In this document: in pieces, positions 52,241 through 63,429 of the stretch
Numbering within the stretch: position 1 is the first letter of the stretch
How the letters are laid out: each line of letters begins with the position of its first letter
Assembly: GCA_038087875.1 (NCBI GenBank)
Contig: CM075989.1
Coordinates: 9,054,001-9,118,000, forward strand
Direction: 5' to 3'
Length of the DNA stretch: 64,000 bases
DNA from: Malacoraja senta
Taxonomy: Eukaryota
Translations under genes and position numbers: made by a program
The notes under the pieces: generated by a model
What the model was told of the DNA's origin: nothing
Seen by the model: the letters and a program-made list of their open reading frames with translations, nothing else
Database searches by the model: none

Positions 52241-53015
52241 TAGACAATAGACAATAGGTGCAGGAGTAGGCCATTCGGCCCTTGGAGCTAGCACCGCCAT
52301 TCAATGTGATCATGGTTGATCATCGCCAATCAGTACCCCGTTCCTGCCTTCTCCCCATATCCCCTGACTCCGCTATCTTTAAGAGCCCTATCAAGCTCTC
52401 TCTTGAAAGTATCCAGAGAACCGGCCTCCACCACCCTCTGAGGCAGAGAATTCCACAGACTCACAACTTTCTGTGAGAAAAAGTGTTTCCTCGTCTCCGT
52501 TCTAAATGGCTTGCTCCTTATTCTTAAGCTGTGGCCCCTGGTTCTGGGCTCCCCCAACATCGGGAACATGTTTCCTGCCTCTAGCGTGTCCAAACCCTTA
52601 ATAATCTTATATGTTTCAATAAGATCTCCTCTCATCCTTCTAAACTCCAGATTATACAAGCCCAGCCACTCCATTCTCTCAGCATATGACAGTCCCGCCA
52701 TCCCGGGAATTAACCTTGTAAACCTACACTGCACTCCCTCAATAGCAAGAATGTCCTTCCTCAAATTAGGGGACCAAAACTACACACAATATTCCAGGTG
52801 TGGTCTCACTAGGGCTCTGTACAACTGCAGAAGGACCCCTTTTATCCTATACTCAATTCCTCTTGTTATAAAGGCCAACCTGCCATTCACTTTCTTCACT
52901 GCCTGCTGTACCTGCATGCTTACTTTCATTGACTGGTGAACAAGGACCCCCCAGATCCCGTTGTAATTCCCTTTTCCCAACTCAACACCATTTAGATAGT
53001 AATCTGCCTTCCTGT
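52241..53015 (-). mobile_element. CR1-clade LINE 3' fragment
   Basis: ORFs 52330-52764 and 52780-53100 carry RT C-terminal motifs; (tctattg)n tail. Confidence 0.9.
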
Positions 53016-54567
53016 GATTGTGCCCCCTGCTCTCGCTCTCCAGCAGATGGTGAGAAGTCAATGGCAGAGACCATGTCTGGTGAACAGCTCCCAGGACCAC
53101 ATAGTCCTTCCATTGTACTTGCTGTTGTGTTGTCTACTACTTAAAACACAATCCATTGCAATCTGTCCCCATTGAATGTGTGCAGGTAAACCTCTCTGCT
53201 CCGAGAACATGAGATTACAAAGCAACACGCTTCTAAAGGTGTTTAACATTCCAACCAACTGATCTTAGTTGAGAAGCCCTTAAAATTGTTAGCAAGCCTG
53301 GAATGTGAATGCTTCGGCTTTCTCCCACGTCCCACTGTAATTTACCCACAGAATGTAAGTCAGTGGGAGAATCTGTGGGAAATTGATGGGAATGTGGGGA
53401 GAATAAAAACTAGGATGGTTGTAGGTGGCGGCTTGGTGGTTGGCACAGATCAGTGGGCTGAGGACCATTTCCATGCTGTATGACCCCACGACTTTCCTTC
53501 CTACTCAGTGCAGCCTCACCCAAACTCTAACACTAACTATCATTCGTTCAACAACACATAATCACATAAGCTTCCGTCCGACTCTTCCTGAAGATTGGAC
53601 ACATGGAAAGGAACAACAGATATGACAAATTACATTAAGAACACATCATTTTAGCAACATCATGTTCCTAACGAGTTGCCAAATACTCAGTTAACTAATT
53701 AAAACATGGGTGATCGATGGCCGGTGTGGACTCGGTGGTGTGAAGGGCCTGTTTCTATGCTGCATCTTCAATCAATCAATCATGGTGAGCTGAAGATAGA
53801 CACAAAATGCTGGAGTAACTCAGCGGGACAGGCAGCATCTCTGGAGGGAAGGAATGGGTGATTTTTCGGATCGAGACCCTTCTTCAGACAGAGGGGGAGA
53901 TACAGAGATAGGGAAGTGTGCTGATTTTCACCAGCCCAGCCCCTCATCCCCAGGCACTGCCCTCTGTAACCCAGGGGAACTCAACACAGTTCAAGAGGTC
54001 CAACGACGATCTTTCTGCGGGATTCGGCCACTGAATGGGCCCATTGTCCCTGGTGAAAGAACAGCAAACGTTGGTGGAAAGTAAACCTGCCTGGATCTGT
54101 GCTTTCCTTTGCAATTCCGTGGTGGTGAGAGTGGTGACTTTACTACACAAATCCTGACCACAGGATTGCAAACTCAAACCAAAGCACACTGCAAGCAGTT
54201 TCATTATTGCTAATCTTGCAGATTCTTTGGTGATCTCATAATCATTGGTCATAATGACTGGTTTGAGAGTCCTGTCTTATAATTTACCCATTTATTCTGC
54301 ATGTCCTATCTTCAAATATAAATAATACTGTTACATTTACACTTTCTCCGAGCTGCTTGTGTATTCATGGGAATCATAAGACCAAGACCATATTGATCCA
54401 TGTGCATCTTAATCTTCTGGATCAGTCTACCTTGGGAATCTTTATCAAATGCCTTATTAAAATCCATGTAGACAGCATCCACCACACGACCGTCATCCAT
54501 TATCTTCGTCTGCTCAAAAAGACTCGATCAAGTTAGCAAGACCTGACCTGCATTGTACAAAGCCATG

Positions 54568-54810
54568 TGTAGGAAGGAACTGCAGATGCTGGTTTAAATC
54601 GAAGATAGACACAACATGCCGGAGTAACTCAGCGGGACAGGCAGCATCTCTGGAGAGGCAGAATGGGTGACGTTTCAGGTCGAGACCTTTCTTCAGACTG
54701 ACACGAGTACCTTCAGACTGAAGAAGGGTCTCGACCTGAAACGTCACCCATTCCTTCTCTCCAGTGATGCTGCCTGTCCCGCTGAGTTACTCCAGCATTT
54801 TGTATCTATC
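54568..54810. mobile_element. Inverted (hairpin) Penelope-terminus element with exact 15-bp TSD
   Basis: ttgtacaaagccatg at 54553-54567 and 54811-54825; inserted in an older CR1 RT fragment. Confidence 0.9.
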
Positions 54811-54931
54811 TTGTACAAAGCCATGCTGGCTATTCCTAATTAACCCATTCTCTTCCAAATAGTAGTAACTCTTATCCTGAAGAATCCTCACTGATGTGAG
54901 GCTCACTGGCCAATGATTCCCTGGACTCTCT

Positions 54932-55762
54932 CTAGACAATAGACAATAGACAATAGGTGCAGGAGTAGGCCATTCGGCCCTTTGAGACAGCACCGCCATT
55001 CAATGTGATCATGGCTGATCATCCCCAATCAGTAACCCGTTCCTGCCTTCTCCCCATATCCCCTGACTCCGCTATTTTTAAGTCCTATCTAGCTCTCTCT
55101 TGAAAGCATCCAGAGAACCTGCCTCCACCGCCCTCTGAGGCAGAGAATTCCACAGTCTCATCACTCTCTGTGAGAAAAAGTGTTTCCTCGTCTCCGTTCT
55201 AAATGGTTTACTCCTTATTCTTAAACTGTGGCCCCTGGTTCTGGACTCCCCCAACATCGGGAACATGTTTCCTGCCTCTAGCATGTCAAAACCCTTAACA
55301 ATCTTATAAGCTTCAATGAGATCTCCTCTCATCCTTCTAAACTCCAGAGTGTACAAGCCCAGCTGCTCCATTCTCTCAGCATATGACAGTCCCGCCATCC
55401 CGAGAATTAACCTTGTAAACCTATGCTGCACTCCCTCAATAGCAAGAATGTCCTTCCTCAAATTAGGGGACCAAAACTGCACACAATACTCCAGGTGTGG
55501 TCTCACTAGGGCTCTGTACAACTGCAGAAGGACCTCTTTGCTCCTATATTCGATTCCTCTTGTTATAAAGGCCAACATGCCATTCGCTTTCTTCACTGCC
55601 TGCTGTACTTTCATAGACTGATGTACAAGAACCCCCAGATCCCATTGTACTTCCCCTTTTCCCAACTTGACGCCATTTAGATAGTAATCTGCCTTCCTGT
55701 TTTTGCTACCAAAGTGGATAACCTCACATTTATCCACATTAAACTTCTTCTGCCATGCATCT
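54932..55762 (-). mobile_element. CR1-clade LINE 3' fragment (219-aa open RT C-terminus) nested in an older CR1 (~54330-55960)
   Basis: DKCEVIHFG..DLGVLVH..AVKKANGMLAFITRGIEYRSKEVLLQLYRALVRPHLEYCVQFWSP. Confidence 0.92.
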
Positions 55763-56580
55763 GAACAACTTCAGATAATCTCCAGTCCTCCGGGACCTCA
55801 CCTGTGGCTAGAGAAGATACAAATATCTTTGTCAAGGCTCCTGCAATCTCCTCTCTTGCCTCCCTCAATAAACTGGGATTGATCCCATCAGGTCCTGGGG
55901 ATTTATCCACCCTAATGCTCTGCAAGAGCCCTAACAACACCTCCTTCTTATTCTCAAACTACCCTTGCATATTTAGTATTTTCACCACACTGATCTCACT
56001 ATCCTCCGTCACTGACCCTCAAGCAAGGGGAAATTTACAGAGGCCAATTAACCTTCAAACCAACGCATCCTTGGGATGTGAGAGGAAACATGAGTACCTG
56101 GAGAAAACCTTCTTGAGTACTTTCTGCAACAGAGTGGTTCCACCAAAATGCAGTACAGAACGCCACAGGAGATCCTTCTTCCCTGTGGGTATCAAGCTGT
56201 ACAACCCCTCCCCCTTCTGTCATGGGGGGGACTGAACCCCCCCCCCCCCGCCCCAATCATCACCAGATACGCCATTGCGTTAGGTCATCCCCGTCCACCC
56301 TCTGCCGCGTGCTGGCTCAAAGGGCCGAATGGTCTACTCCTGCACCTATTGTCTATTGTCTTTGGAGTGTGGGAGCAAGGCGGAGCACATACAGGTTTGT
56401 TGGTTAATTGGCTTTGTGGAAATGTAAAATTGCCCCTCGTGTGTAGGATCGCTTTAATGTGCGGGGATTGCTGGTCAGTGCGGACTCGGTGGGTTTAGAG
56501 ATACAGCCTGTTTCCGCGCTGCATCTCTAAGCTAAACCTCAGCCTGCCTGTTTAACGGGTGTTCCCGTTGTCTCTCTCAG

Positions 56581-56731
56581 CTCGGAGGCGTTCAGCAGCA
56601 GTAGGGGGGCAAGGCAAGAAGCCAAGAAAGTAATGATCGTCATAACCGACGGCGAGTCCCACGACAGCCCCCACCTGAAGCAAGTCATCGAGGACGCCGA
56701 GAGGGACAACATCACCAGATACGCCATTGCG
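56581..56731 (+). CDS. ITGA11: Integrin alpha-11-like, exon 8 (I domain, TDGESHD)
   Basis: tctcag|C...TGCG|gtaggt; 151 nt; SEAFSSSRGARQEAKKVMIVITDGESHDSPHLKQVIEDAERDNITRYAIA. Confidence 0.96.
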
Positions 56732-57234
56732 GTAGGTCATCCCGTCCACCCTCTGCCGTGGTCTTGCCAACCACCCTTGTAGGGACAGCGACTATCATTG
56801 TGTTATGTGACAGACAGCAGGACCATGAACATAAGGGGTTAATCCTGGGCTGAGTTGGCATCTCGCCCAGTCACGGCCCGTTCATTAGTTATAGGAACAT
56901 AATTAGGCTATTCAGTGCATCAAGTCTACTCCGCCATTCAATCATGGCTAATCTACCTTTCCCTCTCAACCCCATTCTCCTGCCTTCTCCCCATAACCCC
57001 TGACACCTGTACTAAACAGTTGTGACCTCCAGTAAATCACCCTATCTGTGTCTCCACACAGACGGAACAGTGGTGCAGCACATCAAGCCACTACCTCACA
57101 GTGCCAGAGACCCGGGTTCAATCCCGACTTCAGGATTCTGTCTATGTGGAGTTTGTATGTTCTCCCTGTAACTGCCTGGGTATCTCTTGGGTTCTCCAAT
57201 TTCTCCCACATCCCAAAGTCAGTAGGTGAATTGG

Positions 57235-57725
57235 TTCCCATATCTGAGGAGGGATGTGTTGGCCTTGGAGAGGATGCAGAGGAGGTTTATGAAAATGATC
57301 ATGACATTAATAAATCATACTTAATGAATGATCATACATTAACTCATGATTGGGTTAATGTATGATGAGCATGTGACAGCTCTGGGTCAGTACCCGCTGG
57401 AGTTTAAAAGGATGAGGGGGACCTTATTGAAATTTACCGAAGAGTGAAATGCCTGGATAGAGTGGATGTGGAAAGGATGTTTCCACTGTTGGGAGAGTCT
57501 AGGACCAGAGAGCACATCCTCAGTATAACGTACCCTTAGAACGGAGACAAGGAGACATTTCTTTAGTCAGTGGGTGATGAATCTGTGGAATGTTTTGCTT
57601 TAAACAGCTGTGGAGGCCAAGTCTTTGGATATTTTTCAAGGAGAGATTAACAGGGAAAAATTGATCAGCCATGATTGAATGACGGAGTTGACTCGATGGG
57701 CCGAATGGCATAATTCTGCTCCTCT
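57235..57725 (+). mobile_element. CR1-clade LINE 3' fragment
   Basis: Degenerate LERMQRRF..ESRTR motifs and a CR1 tail. Confidence 0.75.
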
Positions 57726-58126
57726 CTCATTATTGGCTGCTGTAAATCATCCTTCAGTGTAAGTGAGTAGTGGAGCAAGTGGGGATTGGGATTGCTGTAT
57801 GAGCTGGAATAACCACAGAGGGCTGAATGGCCTCCTGTGCCACAGGAATGCTGTATTTAGCTTCAACATCTTTGATTTAAGCAGGGAGGATTGTTCTAAC
57901 CCACTGTGCCTCTTTCACTGTATAAATCGCATTGTAAAACTGTTCCCAAAATGTCACCCACCTTACCGGCTGTAGACAAGGTGGGGCCCACCATGAACCT
58001 TCAGCCAACATCCTCCGTCCATCGTGAAGAATGAACAGTGAGCGGAGCGTCCTGTTGCAGCTGAGACTTCAGGATGGAAGGAGGGGGGACAGTCACACTG
58101 AGTAAAACCTCTGCTCCCGTCTGCAG

Positions 58127-58292
58127 GTGCTTGGTTACTACAACCGAAGAGGAATCAACCCAGGTGACTTCCTGAAGGAGATCAAGTCCATCGCAAGCCA
58201 CCCGGACGAGAAACATTTCTTCAACGTCTCTGATGAGTCGGCCCTGAAAGATATTGTGGATGCACTCGGAGCTCGGATCTTCAGGCTGGAAG
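58127..58292 (+). CDS. ITGA11: Integrin alpha-11-like, exon 9 (I domain end with alphaC helix)
   Basis: ctgcag|GTG...GAAG|gtgagg; 166 nt; [62 protein letters not shown] is the alphaC helix region of collagen-binding integrins. Confidence 0.97.
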
Positions 58293-58644
58293 GTGAGGTT
58301 TTATTGGGGATTAAAAGAAAATAAAGAATCTCCACACCTCCTCTCGCTAACTCGGGCCTTTACAGTCAATGGAGTGTAATTGTAATCACTGTTGCCAAGA
58401 GCAATTTGCTGCCAGTTTGTGCACGGCAATGTTTCCCAGGCAGCAGTGTGGTGAAGATTTGGATATTGGTTGGAGGATCAGATTTGGTTTGAACCCAACC
58501 CCATTCTACTTCAAGGATGGGCGTTGGTTTTTCACTGAGAGGGCAGATGTGGCCCCAGTTTGGCATCTCATTCAGAAGATGCCATCACTCGCAACGGGGC
58601 ACTCCCTCAGTACAACAACAACAGTGTAGAGTCAGGCTGGTTTT

Positions 58645-59205
58645 AACTGGAGTATTGTGTGCAGTTTTGGTCTCCTAATTTGAGGAAGGACATTCTTGCT
58701 ATTGAGGGAGTGCAGCGTAGGTTCATCAGGTTAATTCCCAGGATGGGGGGACTGACATATGATGAACGAATGGGCTTGTATTCACTGGAATTTACAGGGA
58801 TTAGAGGGGATCTTATAGAAAACTATTAAGGGATTGGACAGGCTAGATGCAGGAAAAATGTTCCCAGTGTTGGGGGAGTCCAGAACTGGGGGTCACAGTT
58901 TAAGAATAAGGGCTAGGCCATTTAGGACTGAGATGAGGGGAAAAAATGCACCTAGAGAATTGTGAATCTGCGGAATTCTCTGCCACAGAAGGCAGTGGAG
59001 GCCAATTCATTGGATATATTCAAGAGAGAGTTAGATATAGATCTTAGGGCTAACAAAATCACGGGATATGGGGAGAACGCAGGAACGGGGTACTGATTTT
59101 GGATGATCAGTCATGATCATATTGAATAGCGGTGTTGGCTCGAAGGCCCGAATGGCCTACTCCTGCACCTATTTTCCATCTTTCTACATGTCTATGTTTT
59201 TATGT
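58645..59205 (+). mobile_element. CR1-clade LINE 3' fragment
   Basis: LEYCVQFWSPNLRKDILAIEGVQRRF and tail. Confidence 0.85.
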
Positions 59206-59857
59206 CTCGGTGTGGTTCCACACCCATGTGGCTTGGAGTTAACAAGGTGCAACCACGGAGACACACCAAAGAATCAAAGGCCCAGAACTGTTGACTTGCA
59301 TGTTTGACAAAACCATGGGTTTGTGGGCTGTGTTGAGAAAGACTTCATAAGTCATTGGAGCCGAATTAGGTCATTCGGCCCATCGAGTCGACTCCGTCAT
59401 TCAATCATGGCTGACCAACTTTCCCTCTCAAGCCCATTCTCCCGCCTTTTCCCAGTCATCTTTGACGCCCTTACTAATCAAGAATCTGTCAATCTCCGCT
59501 TTAAAAATACTCATTGGCTTCCACAGCCATCTGTGGCAATGAATTCCACAGATTCACCACCCTCTGACGAAATAAGTTCCTCCTAGTCTCCTTTCTAAAG
59601 GTACATCCTTTTATTCGGAGGCTAGGCACTCCCACTAGTGGAAACATCCTCTCCACCTCCACTCTATCCAGGCCTTTCACTGTTCGGTAAGTTTTAATGA
59701 GTCCTTGGGAGACTTGGAGATTTGCTGCATTACATCTGGAAGATGGTGGACAGAGTGTCCATTATGCACTGGGAATGGATGGAGGGAGTTTTCTTTAACC
59801 TTGCTCGATGATGGGTAGGTATTTCTTTCCCATTTCAATGTCCTTCACCAAGAGTTA

Positions 59858-60227
59858 AGGGCCTGTCCCACTTTTCCGAGTTATTCACAAATTCTCCCGA
59901 GTTTTCCCCTTGATTCAAACATGCAGAATGTTCGTAACGAGTCCGTAGGAGGCCGTAGGAGTCCGTGGATATATCGTAGCGGCTCGTTATGCCAGCCGTA
60001 GGTACTCGGGGCATCAGGTAAGTCGGGACGTTTTTTCCAGCCTGATCAAAAATGTCCACGAGTAAAAAAGTAGCCTGGAGTATCTAAGGCTGGTATAACA
60101 AGCCACTACGATATATCCACGGACTCCTACGGCCTCCTACGGACTCGTTGCGAACATTCTGCGAGTTTGAATCAAGGGGAAAACTCGGGAGAATTCGTGA
60201 ATAACTCGGGAAAGTGGAACAGGCCCT
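59858..60227. mobile_element. PIF/Harbinger-like MITE with ~125-bp TIRs
   Basis: agggcctgtcccact...agtggaacaggccct; TTA on both sides (59855-59857, 60228-60230). Confidence 0.88.
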
Positions 60228-60310
60228 TTACAAAGAAGATATGCATTTATTGAGTCGGAATTGTAACTGGGCACTGAATAGTGACTAACATTTTCTTTTT
60301 TTAATATCAG

Positions 60311-60384
60311 GGACTAATATTCAGAATGAAACATCCTTTCAGCTGGAAATGTCACAAGCAGGATTTTCATCACATTTTGTCGAG
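60311..60384 (+). CDS. ITGA11: Integrin alpha-11-like, exon 10
   Basis: tatcag|GG...CGAG|gtaagc; 74 nt, phase 1 to 0; TNIQNETSFQLEMSQAGFSSHFVE (SFxLEMSQxGFS motif). Confidence 0.94.
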
Positions 60385-61284
60385 GTAAGCCTTATTTTCA
60401 TCCTCATTTCACCAGGTGTAGATCCTTTCTTCCCTGTCTCATTACCACTTCCCCGATGAGTTCAGAGTAAGCTGAAGAAAAGTCTAGAGTTGCTTACTTT
60501 GGGAGGTCAGGGTGAGCATTTGCAATTGGAGTGGAATTGGCCAACACTCCTAGACCGAGTTCAAAAATCAGCCAGGGTCATTAGGGAAGGACTTTAAATG
60601 TTGTCATCACCTTTAACAACCACTGCCCATACCATTTCTTTCACAGGTGCAAAAAACACTTCTGAGGTGACGTAGGGAACTGCAGCCATTTTGTACACAG
60701 CAAGCCTGCACAAACAGCAGTAGCACGGTTATATTCAGTAAAGGTGTAGTTCTGTGGGGGTGAGGGGAATATCAAACCTCCCCCCCCCCTCGTCTGCTAC
60801 CTATTACCCACCACGCTTGTCCTGCCTTTCCCTTTTTCCACCTTTCTTCTCCCCCCTACATTCAGTCTGAAAGAGGGTCATGACTCAAAAACGTCACCTG
60901 TCCATGTTCTCCAGAGATGCTGCCTGACCTGTTGCATTACTCCAGCGCTTTGTGTCCTTTTCTGCATTAGCCCGCATCTGCAGTTCTTTGTTTCCATGTT
61001 CTCCCATTGATTTATTTATTAAATGGACCAAGGATAGGTAAGAAGGTAGGGATGTTATAAGTTTTGGAGAGGAGAACAACTTCCAATATAAAGGTCCTGA
61101 CCCAAAATGGCCCTTATCTACTTCCTCCATCGATGTTGACTGACCCGCTGAGTTCCTCCAGCACTCTGTATTTTTCTCAAGATTCCAACCTCTGCAGTTC
61201 CTTGTGTCTCCGGTATTATATCTGAACAAAAGTACCACAAGGGTGCTCTCGGCCATTGTGAAAAACCACTGGTCTTTTAATCTA

Positions 61285-61738
61285 AGGTAGACACAAAATG
61301 CTGGAGAAACTCAGCGGGTGAGGCAGCATCTATGGAGAGAAGGAATAGGTGACATTTCGGGTCGAGACCCTTCTTCAGACATGTCGGGGAGGGGGGGGGA
61401 GCGGGCAAAAGAAAGGAAGAGGCGGAGACAGTAGGCTAGTGGGAGAGCTGGGAAGGGGAGGGGAAGGAGGGAAAAAGCAAGGACTACCTGAAATTGGAGG
61501 TCAATGTTCATACTGCTTGGGTGTAAACTACCCAAGCAAAATATGAGGTGCTGCTCCTCCAATTTGCGCTGGGCCTCACTCTAGCAATGGAGGAGGCTCA
61601 GGACAGAAAGGTCGGATTCGGAATGGGAGGGGGAGTTGAAGTGCTGAGCCACCGGGAGATCAGGTTGGTTATTGCGAACTGAGCGGAGGTGTTGGGCGAA
61701 GCGATCGCCAAGCCTGCGCTTGGTCTCACTGATGTAGA
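61285..61738 (-). mobile_element. Penelope-like element 3' part (GIY-YIG and terminal module)
   Basis: Closely similar to 47400-47845; EEQHLIFCLGSLHPSSMNID. Confidence 0.85.
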
Positions 61739-62124
61739 ATGTTGCACCGATGTTTAATCTCTCCTCTTTCCCAGATCTTGAATCCCCTGGTGTGTCTTAA
61801 CAAAACCACCTGTCTCTATTTCAGATGATTTCCTTGTTAGTATTTCCAATGTTTCTAAACAGAGTGCTGGAGCCGTGAACGTGTAATCCAATATTGATTC
61901 CAACATTAAATGCTCTCAAGGGAAGATAATAAGGCATATTCTTGGCTTCATAGCTCAAACAGCTGAGAATCATTGGAAAAATTAATACATTAAATCTCAA
62001 GGAAAAGCAGAATGTGTTGGAAGCGGCAACATGCCAATTGTCATCTGGGAAAGAGAAGACTGATTAAAAGATCAGCGGCTCACAGACTCTATGTTATACC
62101 TTTAAGCTGGTAAACTTTTACACT

Positions 62125-62412
62125 TAGACTTTAGAAATGCAGCGCGGAAACAGGCCCTTCGGCCCACCTAGTTCGCGTCGACCAGCACTCACCCCGTACA
62201 CAAGCACTATCCTACACACTAGGGACAATTTACAAGTTACCGAAGTCAGTTAAACTGCAAACCTGAATGTCTTTGGAGTGCAGCAGGAAACCGGAGCACC
62301 AGGAGAAAAGCCACGCGGTCGTACAAATTCCGTACAGACAGCACCGGTAGTCAGGATCGAACACTGGTCTCTGGCGCTGTAAGGCAGCAACTGTACCACG
62401 GCACCACCGTGC
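62125..62412 (-). mobile_element. V-SINE (HE1-like)
   Basis: Reverse-complement consensus. Confidence 0.85.
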
Positions 62413-63429
62413 TGCAACTACACTTTCCTATGCACCTCAGTTTAAATGACTGCCCTCGGACCTTGTAGATATGCCCTCGCATTCACGATTGTCCCACTAG
62501 TGGAAGTGTCTCAGCATTTACCCAGTCGTGCCCCCTGAGGATCTACAACTTTTAAAACTAAGATCACACTTCATTCTTCAAATATACCCTTGGAGCTGGA
62601 GCCAAGATTTTCTCTGAAGGTTCCTAGAGATGAGACTCCTTTTGCTTCAGAGGTAAGAGTGATGTCCATTGAACCACGTCCCTGCAAACCGGCATCCCTC
62701 TCCTCTCCTCCTTGTGTCCCAGGCGTGCCTCCTGCAGCTGACCTTGAAGGTTCTGGAGGCACTACCCCGGGTTCATCCCACCGAACCTTTCTCCTGGCAT
62801 ACTACATCTCCGGCGGTCGTCCCACCTGCCCGGTACTGTGGTCGCCGAGCCTGCAGGTCCTCCGGGCGAGTTCCCGGTTCCGCCGTCCGACGAGCCCTCG
62901 TTCGGGCGGAGACCGCAGCCGCGGCACCTCAGGGGGGCAACGGCCGCGCGACACTGTGGGCCAGGGTGTGACTCAGGCACTGTACAATGCTTGGCTTGGT
63001 AGCTCAACATGTGCTGCAAGACTCGCACTCCCTTCATTACACTCTCTTGCCTGGTGATGTTCATCCCTGGCCTGCGATCAACTCTGATCTCCAGGGTTGG
63101 CTGCAACGGAGAAATGTTGACTCACACACTCACTCTTGGCAACTTCGCTGCCCAAATCACTGCAACCACAGCAATTAAGATGGACAGCTATATGGAAAAC
63201 AAACCTCTGACGATTTAAAATATATTTATGGTTTTATAATACTCTACTGGTGGGCAATTACACTGTCAACATGGTTATGTAATATGGTTTTAAATCCCAC
63301 AGGAGACTCACCCTTCCAGCTGCCTCTGCTATTCTGTTATCACATTTTACACCTTCTGACCTACCTTTGGTTTCTCTACTTGCCTCATTATCACCTCTTT
63401 TTGTCTTGGCCCATTATATCCATCACAGG

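Noticed and set aside
14300..59700. Antisense orientation bias of CR1 copies in the gene
   Set aside because: Both orientations are well represented and the numbers are too small to claim a bias.
61811..61880. Acceptor-like tatttcag as candidate exon 11
   Set aside because: Translation lacks the expected LGAVGAYDWNG-type motif and stops quickly.
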